From Pseudomonadota bacterium (GTDB lineage: Bacteria > Pseudomonadota > Gammaproteobacteria > Steroidobacterales > Woeseiaceae), in NCBI GenBank assembly GCA_038533035.1, contig JBCAZN010000001.1:1-35074 (forward strand): a DNA stretch of 35,074 nt. The letters run 5' to 3'. Below the pieces are notes generated by a model, which saw only the letters and a list, made by a program, of their open reading frames with translations, was not told where the DNA came from and did not search any database. Made by a program: the position numbers and the translations under genes. Each line of letters opens with the position of its first letter. The stretch's first letter is position 1. This document shows, in pieces, positions 26,286 through 34,720 of the stretch.

Positions 26286-28232
26286 ATGCACAATCCAAAA
26301 TTGCTCGCGTTCCTGCTGGTGGTCACCAGCTCACTTGCTTTTGCCGATGTCGATCGGCGCGTCGTTAATAACGGCAATCTTGTGCTCGAGGACATCCCGG
26401 AGATTCCGGCCGATGTTGTTGACGACCTCAACCGTTTTCAGAATATTCGCTCGGCCGCATTCCGCGGCTGGTCGCGTGACGGGCAATCGTTGTACGTGAC
26501 AACCCGGTTCGACGACGTCAGTTCACTGCACCGCGTTGACATGCCCATGGGTGCCCGCCGGCAGCTGACGTTTTTCGATGAACCGATGGGTCAGGTAACC
26601 CGGCAACCCGGTTCTGACCGCTTGTTGTACACGCAGGATGCGGGCGGCAGCGAGTTCGCGCAGATTTTCAGTCTGGATCCGGCAACGGGTGACTACCAGA
26701 TGCTGACAGACGGTGAGTCGCGTAACGGCGGCATGACGTTTGACCGGCGCGGAACACGGGTCGCGTTCCAGAGTACGCGGCGCAACGGCGCATCGAATGA
26801 CGTTTGGGTCATGGACCCGGCCGAGCCCGGCAAGGCAGAGGTAGCGCTCGAGGCAAATGACGGCTTCTATTGGGCGCCGGTCGAGTTCTCTGCTTCCGGC
26901 AGCAAGCTGCTGGTCGTTCACTACAAGAACATCACGGAATCGAACGCCTGGCTTGTAGACCTGGATACCAACGAGTCAGTGTTGCTTGCGGGTGATAACG
27001 GCAGCGTCAACTTGCCTGCGGCATTCGATGACGACAGGGACGGCTTCTGGCTCGTCACGGACCAGGGTGATGAGTTTCAGCGCCTCGCGTGGCAACCGCT
27101 GGAGCCCGGCGCCGCCGCGCAAATCGTGACCGGCGATATCGCCTGGAATGTGTCGGGTGGGACGCTGAGCGAAGATCGCTCAAGAATGGCGTTTGTCACC
27201 AATGAAGGCGGGCGCTCACGCCTGTACCTCATGAACCCGGAGACGCGTGAGTACCGGCGGGTCGATACTATTCCAACCGGACTGCTGGGCAATATTGCGT
27301 TCAGCCCGGACGGGCGGCGGCTCGGGATGACGGTCAATACCGCGCAGACACCGAGCGACACTTACGTACTTGAACTTGCCGACGATCCGCTGAGCTATGG
27401 CGAACTCGTACGCTGGACTGAAAGTGAGGTGGGCGGGCTCGATACGACCCAGTTCGTCAGCCATGAGCTTGTGCATTACGACTCGTTTGACGGGCGCGAG
27501 ATTCCGGCCTGGATACAGAGGCCGCGCGGCGATGGCCCGCACCCGGTCGTAATCCGTATTCACGGCGGCCCGGAGAGCCAGGCCCGACCGGGGTTTTCGA
27601 GCACGTTCCAGATGTGGGTCGACAAGCTCGGGGTGGCGGTTATTCAGCCGAACGTGCGCGGCTCGTCAAATTACGGCAAGTCGTACGTGAAACTTGATAA
27701 CGGTTTCAAGCGCGAGGACTCGGTACGGGATATCGGCGCGTTGCTCGACTGGATCGAAACGCAACCGGATCTCGATGCAAGCCGCGTCGCGGTTTACGGC
27801 GGCAGCTATGGCGGCTACATGGTGCTCGCCAGCGCCGTGCACTACAGCGATCGCTTGCGCGCGGTAATTGATGTGGTTGGCATCAGTAATTTCGTGACGT
27901 TCCTTGAAAATACGCAGGACTATCGCCGTGACGCGCGCCGTGAGGAATACGGCGACGAACGCGACCCTGCGATGCGCGCACACCTAGAGAAAATCAGCCC
28001 GGTCAACAGCGTGGATAAAATGAACGTGCCGATGTTCATTATCCAGGGCGAGAACGACCCCCGCGTACCGGTAACCGAAGCCATCCAGATGGTCGAAGCG
28101 CTGCGCGAGCGCGGCGAGGATGTCTGGTACATGAATGCGCTGAATGAGGGCCATGGTTATCGCAAGCGCGAAAACCGGGATGTCATGGCGCAGGCCATTG
28201 TGATGTTCCTGCGCGAGCACCTGGTTGACTGA
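26286..28232 (+). CDS. Secreted S9 family serine peptidase (prolyl oligopeptidase/dipeptidyl peptidase type) with an N-terminal beta-propeller
   Basis: Signal peptide MHNPKLLAFLLVVTSSLAFA|DV. Propeller-like N-terminal 400 aa. Catalytic Ser in GGSYGGYM, Asp in QGENDPRVP, His in NEGHGY. Confidence 0.9.
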   Translation: MHNPKLLAFLLVVTSSLAFADVDRRVVNNGNLVLEDIPEIPADVVDDLNRFQNIRSAAFRGWSRDGQSLYVTTRFDDVSSLHRVDMPMGARRQLTFFDEPMGQVTRQPGSDRLLYTQDAGGSEFAQIFSLDPATGDYQMLTDGESRNGGMTFDRRGTRVAFQSTRRNGASNDVWVMDPAEPGKAEVALEANDGFYWAPVEFSASGSKLLVVHYKNITESNAWLVDLDTNESVLLAGDNGSVNLPAAFDDDRDGFWLVTDQGDEFQRLAWQPLEPGAAAQIVTGDIAWNVSGGTLSEDRSRMAFVTNEGGRSRLYLMNPETREYRRVDTIPTGLLGNIAFSPDGRRLGMTVNTAQTPSDTYVLELADDPLSYGELVRWTESEVGGLDTTQFVSHELVHYDSFDGREIPAWIQRPRGDGPHPVVIRIHGGPESQARPGFSSTFQMWVDKLGVAVIQPNVRGSSNYGKSYVKLDNGFKREDSVRDIGALLDWIETQPDLDASRVAVYGGSYGGYMVLASAVHYSDRLRAVIDVVGISNFVTFLENTQDYRRDARREEYGDERDPAMRAHLEKISPVNSVDKMNVPMFIIQGENDPRVPVTEAIQMVEALRERGEDVWYMNALNEGHGYRKRENRDVMAQAIVMFLREHLVD

Positions 28233-28235
28233 GTT

Positions 28236-28808
28236 GTGCGCAGTAACGAAGAAAAATTCGTCTGGCTGCTTGACGAGCTCGAACGCTGGAACCAGAAGGT
28301 CAACCTGACCGCCGTTCGCGACCGGCGCGAAATGGACATCCTGCACCTGGCCGACAGCCTGACGGCGCGGCCGTTGCTCGAAGGCACCCGGGTTCTCGAC
28401 ATCGGTACAGGGCCCGGGTTTCCGGGCCTGCCGCTGGCAATCGTCGAGCCGGAGCGTGAGTTCACGCTGGTCGACAGCAACAACAAGAAGATCCAGTTTG
28501 TGCAGCACGCGGCCGGATCGCTGGGACTTAACAATGTCTCGGCGGTGAAAGCGAGGGGTGAAGACTTTGCACCCGGGCGGCGCTTTGATACCGTGATCGC
28601 ACGAGCCCTGGCGTCACTGCCTAAGCTCATTGAGATTGCCGGGCATCACGTGGGAGAGGACGGGGTGTTCGTCGCGCTGAAAGGGCGCTACCCGGCAGAA
28701 GAACTAGAACAGATTGAAGCTCCGTGGAGTCATGACGTAACGGAACTGGACGTGCCGGGTCTCGAGGCGGGATCGCGGCACGCTGTGCTGTTGCGGCGAA
28801 ATCGGTAA
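28236..28808 (+). CDS. rsmG: 16S rRNA (guanine527-N7)-methyltransferase RsmG (GidB)
   Basis: RWNQKVNLTAVRDRREMDILHLADSL and SAM-binding LDIGTGPGFPGLPLAI. GTG start immediately after an in-frame TGA, so the maximum length is 190 aa. Confidence 0.9.
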   Translation: MRSNEEKFVWLLDELERWNQKVNLTAVRDRREMDILHLADSLTARPLLEGTRVLDIGTGPGFPGLPLAIVEPEREFTLVDSNNKKIQFVQHAAGSLGLNNVSAVKARGEDFAPGRRFDTVIARALASLPKLIEIAGHHVGEDGVFVALKGRYPAEELEQIEAPWSHDVTELDVPGLEAGSRHAVLLRRNR

Positions 28809-29593
28809 TGACGCGAATAATTGCAGTTGCAAACCAGAAGGGCGGGGTCGGCAAGACGACGACCTGCGTAAACCTTGCGGCCTCGCTGGCAGCGACGCAG
28901 CGGCGTGTGCTGCTTGTCGATATGGATCCGCAGGGCAACGCGACGATGGGCTGCGGCGTCAACAAGATGGATGTCGAATACTCCTCGTGCGATGTGTTGC
29001 TGGGCGATGCGACGGCCGCCGACACGATTGTCTCGCCGCCTGAGGGTGGCTTTGCGTTGCTGCCGGGTAACGAAGATCTGACACTCGCAGAAGTTCAGCT
29101 GCTGCAGGAAATCGGCCGCGAAATGAAACTCAAGAAGGCGCTGCAGCCGGTGGCCGGCCTGTACGACTTCATTCTCGTGGATTGTCCACCGTCGATAAAC
29201 ATGTTGACGGTGAACGCGCTGACCGCCGCCGACGGCGTACTGATTCCGATGCAGTGCGAGTATTACGCGCTCGAAGGCTTGAGTGCGCTATTGAATACGG
29301 TCGAGCAGGTCCGCGACTCGGTGAACCCGGATCTCGAACTGTTCGGCATTCTTAGAACGATGTTTGATCCGCGCATCAACCTCTCGAATGAGGTATCGAT
29401 GCAGCTGATCGAACATTTCGACCGCAAGGTTTTCCGCACGGTGGTGCCACGTAATATCCGGCTCGCCGAGGCGCCGAGCTTTGGCCGCCCCGTGCTGTTG
29501 CACGACCGGTCGTCGCGCGGTGCCATCGCGTACCTGGCACTTGCCGGCGAGATCCTGCGCCGCGAAGACGAAAAGGTTATGCAAGCAGTATGA
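28808..29593 (+). CDS. parA: Chromosome partitioning ATPase ParA (Soj)
   Basis: Deviant Walker A NQKGGVGKTTT, DMDPQGN, and DCPPS (Walker B region). TAATG 1-nt overlap with rsmG. Confidence 0.95.
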   Translation: MTRIIAVANQKGGVGKTTTCVNLAASLAATQRRVLLVDMDPQGNATMGCGVNKMDVEYSSCDVLLGDATAADTIVSPPEGGFALLPGNEDLTLAEVQLLQEIGREMKLKKALQPVAGLYDFILVDCPPSINMLTVNALTAADGVLIPMQCEYYALEGLSALLNTVEQVRDSVNPDLELFGILRTMFDPRINLSNEVSMQLIEHFDRKVFRTVVPRNIRLAEAPSFGRPVLLHDRSSRGAIAYLALAGEILRREDEKVMQAV

Positions 29594-30492
29594 GTCCCAA
29601 GAAACGACTAGGCCGCGGCCTTGATGCACTACTAAGTAAACCGGTAACGGAGAATGCCGTGGTCGCCGGCGATGACGCGGCGGCGCCGACGGCAGGAGAC
29701 GCGTTGCGCGAAATTCCGGTCGAGCTGTTGCAGCGCGGCCAATACCAGCCACGCGTGGACATGCGCCAGGACTCACTCGAGGAGCTGGCCGAGTCGATCA
29801 AGGTGCAGGGCGTGGTGCAGCCGATTGTTGCGCGCCCGATCGGCAAGAAAGGCGGCACGCAGCATTACGAAATTGTCGCCGGCGAACGTCGCTGGCGCGC
29901 TGCGCAGATGGCCGGCCTGGCCGAAATACCGGCGGTCATTCGTGATGTGCCCGATGAGGCTGCGATCGCGATGGCGCTTATCGAAAACATCCAGCGCGAG
30001 GACCTGAATCCGCTGGAAGAGTCGCGCGCGCTAAGCCGGCTGATCGAGGAGTTCGACCTGACGCACGCCGAGGCGGCCGAAGCAGTAGGACGGTCTCGTG
30101 CGTCGGTCAGCAACCTGCTGCGCCTGCAGGAGCTGTCGGACAAAGTGCAGCCCTTGCTTGAGGATCGACAGATCGAGATGGGCCACGCGCGCGCATTGCT
30201 CGGACTATCGGACCCGGGTAAGCAGCAAGCCGCCGCACGGGAAGTCGTCAAGAAGGGCCTGTCGGTCCGCGAAACCGAGCGACTGGTGCGCAGCATGCTG
30301 GGCGGCGGCAATGCAAAACCCGCAAAAAAGGCACCACAGCCCAATGCAGACATTCGTCGCCTGGAAATCGAAGTGTCGGAAAAACTCGGCGCGAAGGTAA
30401 AGGTCGATCACACGTCGAAAGGCACAGGCAAGCTCGTCATCAGCTACAACAGCCTCGACGAACTAGACGGCATCCTGAAACACATCAAATAA
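29590..30492 (+). CDS. parB: Chromosome partitioning protein ParB (Spo0J)
   Basis: ParB box motifs (QPRVDM...L.ELAESIK..GV.QPI; IVAGERRWRAAQMAGL), an HTH region (TH.E.A..VGRSRASVSN.LRL), and a C-terminal dimerisation segment. ATGA overlap with parA. Confidence 0.95.
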   Translation: MSPKKRLGRGLDALLSKPVTENAVVAGDDAAAPTAGDALREIPVELLQRGQYQPRVDMRQDSLEELAESIKVQGVVQPIVARPIGKKGGTQHYEIVAGERRWRAAQMAGLAEIPAVIRDVPDEAAIAMALIENIQREDLNPLEESRALSRLIEEFDLTHAEAAEAVGRSRASVSNLLRLQELSDKVQPLLEDRQIEMGHARALLGLSDPGKQQAAAREVVKKGLSVRETERLVRSMLGGGNAKPAKKAPQPNADIRRLEIEVSEKLGAKVKVDHTSKGTGKLVISYNSLDELDGILKHIK

Positions 30493-30496
30493 ACTA

Positions 30497-30554
30497 GGTG
30501 TCAGTGACCTGGTTTTCTTTGTCGAAAACCAGGTCACTGACACCAGGTTTTTTT
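30497..30554. terminator. Bidirectional intrinsic terminator between convergent parB and the EAL gene
   Basis: Perfect 21-bp inverted repeat GGTGTCAGTGACCTGGTTTTC (30497-30517) / GAAAACCAGGTCACTGACACC (30524-30544) with a 6-nt loop. Followed on the + strand by AGG and T7 (30548-30554). On the - strand it is followed by CTAGTTTATTT. Confidence 0.75.
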
Positions 30555-31716
30555 AGGCGGCGGTGTGGGAGGTCTCTTCGCCGTAGGAGTAGACGCGGCG
30601 AATGATCGACGGGATTACCGCTTCCGAAATCAGGAAGCCCTGCATCTTGTCGCATTCGATCGTCTTCAGGAATTCGAAGGTCGATTCATCTTCGACGCCT
30701 TCTGCGCAGACCGACATCCCGAGATTGTGGGCAAGGCCTGTGACTGCTGCGAGCACGGTCATTGCCACCGGATCCTGCTGCGCGCGGCGCAGCGCCGAGG
30801 CGTGAATCTTGATCTCATCGAACGGCAGCTTTTCAAACGTGCTGAGACTCGAAGCAGCGACCCGGAAGTCGTCCATGCAGATTCGGAAGCCGTTCTCACG
30901 CAGCGCGTTCAACACCTGCAGGTGAGGCGCATCAGGATCTGACAGCTCCTGCTCAATAATTTCAAACGTGAAGCTCGAGCACTCAAGGCCGAGCTGACGC
31001 ACTATTGCAGCGTAGGTATCGGCAAGCTCCGGGTCGATAAGCTGGCTTGAGGCCAGGTTAATGCAGGAGTTCAGCTGGATGCCGCGTCCGCGCCAGGCGA
31101 CCAGCTGGCGGGCGGCCTCACGTAGCACAAATTCCGAGAGCTCCTTCATCAGGCCGAAAGCCTCGACCTCCGGCAGAAATTCAAGTGGCCCCATCAGGCC
31201 GTTCTCGGGGTGGTGCCAGCGCACCAGCGCTTCCGCCTCACGGGTCACCCATTCGGGGCCGGTCGAGCGCTCCACCTTGGGCTGGTAGCGCAGCACAAAC
31301 TGGTCGTTCTCCAGCGCCGCCTCGACCTCGGCGCGCGAAATTTTGAGCATGCGACGTCGGCAGCGGCGCGCAGACTGGCTCAACTGGTCAAAGTCGAAAT
31401 CCGCACCCAGCCACTCGATGTTGTCGAGCGAGGCCAGCTGGTCCACGATCTCGGCGTTGGCGGCGCAACGCAATGCCGCCCGGTCAGCGGCGACGATCAC
31501 CGCAAACGGCGCCCGGTCGCTGGCGCCGCGTAAAGCACGCAAATTCTCCGCAATCACGTCCTCGTCGGTCAGCAATACGATACGCCGCGACTGCCCCAGC
31601 ATCAGCTCGGCGAACGTCGCCGGGCTACCGAAATAGCTAAGCGTCAAGCTCATTTCACGGGCAACATCATTGACCGAGCCGTGGGAGCGCAGGTTTTCAC
31701 TGGCAATCAGCAACAT
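30553..31716 (-). CDS. EAL-domain c-di-GMP phosphodiesterase with an N-terminal CheY-like (possibly degenerate) receiver domain (RocR-like architecture)
   Basis: EAL motif EALVRWHHPENG preceded by YQPKV. Also INLAS (Asn), FEIIEQE, MDDFRV, EIKI (Lys), CAEGVEDE and MQGF. The N-terminal ~115 aa has a beta-alpha pattern (MLLIASEN...RIVLLTDEDV...FAVIVAAD). Confidence 0.9.
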   Translation of the reverse strand: MLLIASENLRSHGSVNDVAREMSLTLSYFGSPATFAELMLGQSRRIVLLTDEDVIAENLRALRGASDRAPFAVIVAADRAALRCAANAEIVDQLASLDNIEWLGADFDFDQLSQSARRCRRRMLKISRAEVEAALENDQFVLRYQPKVERSTGPEWVTREAEALVRWHHPENGLMGPLEFLPEVEAFGLMKELSEFVLREAARQLVAWRGRGIQLNSCINLASSQLIDPELADTYAAIVRQLGLECSSFTFEIIEQELSDPDAPHLQVLNALRENGFRICMDDFRVAASSLSTFEKLPFDEIKIHASALRRAQQDPVAMTVLAAVTGLAHNLGMSVCAEGVEDESTFEFLKTIECDKMQGFLISEAVIPSIIRRVYSYGEETSHTAA

Positions 31717-31883
31717 ACGAGAGGGCCTGTTTGTGGATCTCAGGCCCCATTTATACCTCTCGAAGCGGCCGTCGAATGTGCGTTGCGTCGCATTGGGAGG
31801 AATTTGCTGAAACCCCCTAAAAACCCGGGAAAAATGCGGCGTTTTATGTCCTGAAACAAGGGGGAGAAAAGGCGCCCGATGTG

Positions 31884-31912
31884 TTGCTATGCCGGGGGGC
31901 GAACACTATAAT
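31884..31912 (+). promoter_or_regulatory. Candidate sigma70 promoter of the atp operon
   Basis: TTGCTA (31884-31889), exactly 17 nt of spacer, then a perfect TATAAT (31907-31912), about 100 nt upstream of the proposed atpI start in a relatively AT-rich intergenic region. Confidence 0.55.
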
Positions 31913-32018
31913 GCGCACGCTTGAATCTTGGCCCGCCTGGATCGATTCACCACACGCGCCACACTCCGCCGGCAAGAGCCATCGGAAGTGGCGTTTTTCG
32001 TGCCGGAGGCATAGAGAA

Positions 32019-33270
<1,252 letters not shown>

Positions 33271-33287
33271 TTAGTTATACCTTTTAA

Positions 33288-33605
<318 letters not shown>

Positions 33606-33627
33606 GTAGAAGAAGCGAGTCTGTCTT

Positions 33628-33660
33628 TCTGCGCCGACAAGCGCGGCGCAGACGCTTTTT
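33628..33660 (+). terminator. Hairpin plus T5 between atpE and atpF (partial terminator / mRNA-stabilising stem)
   Basis: 9-bp stem TCTGCGCCG / CGGCGCAGA with a 7-nt loop, followed by CGC and TTTTT (33656-33660). It sits 22 nt after the atpE stop and 16 nt before the atpF GTG. Confidence 0.45.
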
Positions 33661-33675
33661 CATTAGGAGAAATCC

Positions 33676-34146
33676 GTGGACTTAAATGCAACTATCATCG
33701 GCCAAACGATCGCTATGGTCGTTTTCGTCGTTCTTTGCGCGAAGTACATATGGCCGCAGATCATGGATGCGCTCGAAGAGCGCCAGAAAGCGATCGAAGA
33801 AGGTCTTGCTGCTGCCGACAAAAGCCAGGAAAAACTGGTTCAGGCCAAAGCCGAGGCTGACGAAATCGTGTCAGACGCACGCAAGCAGGCGACCGGCATT
33901 CTGGACCAGGCACATTCACGCGCCAACGAAATCGTTGCTGACGGCAAGTCGGCTGGCGAAAAAGAACGTGAGCGCCAGATCGCGGCAGCACGCGCAGAGA
34001 TCGAGCAGGAAACGAACAAGGCACGCGAAGAGTTGCGTGGCCAGGTTTCCGCGATCGCGATTGCGTCGGCCGAGAAGATCCTGTCTCGCGAAATCGACGG
34101 CAAGGCGCACGAAGACATCCTGGGCAAGCTTGCGCAGGAGATCTAG
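33676..34146 (+). CDS. atpF: F0F1 ATP synthase subunit b
   Basis: GTG start with AGGAGA 5 nt upstream. One N-terminal TM segment (IIGQTIAMVVFVVLCAKYIWPQI), then a long charged coiled-coil. 156 aa, as in E. coli/Pseudomonas. Confidence 0.9.
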   Translation: MDLNATIIGQTIAMVVFVVLCAKYIWPQIMDALEERQKAIEEGLAAADKSQEKLVQAKAEADEIVSDARKQATGILDQAHSRANEIVADGKSAGEKERERQIAAARAEIEQETNKAREELRGQVSAIAIASAEKILSREIDGKAHEDILGKLAQEI

Positions 34147-34149
34147 GAC

Positions 34150-34707
34150 GTGGCTGATAACAACACCGTCGCACGCCCCTACGCACAGGCCGTATTCGAT
34201 GTCGCCAATGACAGCGGGTTGCTGGCCGCATGGAGCGAGTCGCTCGACGTTGCAGGGCAACTGCTGGCGGACGACGGGCTTGTAGAGTATCTCGGCAACC
34301 CGGGCTTTAGCGATGAGCAGCAGCTCGATTTCCTGACCGGTCTGTTCAAGAAGGCTGGCGCAGGCGTGCTCGACGGTAGTGACGACAAGGGCAGCAACTT
34401 CCTGAAGTTGTTGCTCGAAAACGGTCGTATCGGCGTAATGCCCGAGATTGCTACGCAGTTCGAGGCACACAAAGCGAAGATCGAGAACACGGTCGATGCG
34501 ACCGTGACGTCGGCGACGCCGCTGTCGGAGGCGCAGCAAGCCGAGATCGCAGAAGCGCTGAAAGAACGTCTTGGTCGCGATGTAAAGATCGTTACTGAAA
34601 TTGATGAAAACCTGATCGGTGGTGCGGTTATTCGCGCCGGCGACGTGGTTATTGATGGCTCATTGCGCGCGAGGCTGGAAGGCCTTGCGACTGCATTGAG
34701 CAAATAA
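34150..34707 (+). CDS. atpH: F0F1 ATP synthase subunit delta
   Basis: N-terminal ...[13 protein letters not shown] is an OSCP/delta signature. C-terminal [21 protein letters not shown]. Position is between atpF and atpA. Confidence 0.9.
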   Translation: MADNNTVARPYAQAVFDVANDSGLLAAWSESLDVAGQLLADDGLVEYLGNPGFSDEQQLDFLTGLFKKAGAGVLDGSDDKGSNFLKLLLENGRIGVMPEIATQFEAHKAKIENTVDATVTSATPLSEAQQAEIAEALKERLGRDVKIVTEIDENLIGGAVIRAGDVVIDGSLRARLEGLATALSK

Positions 34708-34720
34708 AGAGGATAAGGAA

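Noticed and set aside
10114-28235. The ~18 kb mnmG-rsmG insert as a mobile genomic island.
   Set aside because: There is no integrase, transposase, conjugation or phage gene, no tRNA/tmRNA attachment site and no flanking direct or inverted repeats that I can see. GC content and codon style look like the flanks. It is reported only as a synteny break.
28236-30560. parS centromere sites (TGTTNCACGTGAAACA) in or near rsmG-parA-parB.
   Set aside because: I could not find the 16-bp palindrome or a close variant anywhere in the window. The only weak hits are a half-site-like GTTTCAC at about 8180 and TCACGTGG at about 28646. The parS sites are presumably elsewhere. A formal pattern scan allowing 2 mismatches would settle it.
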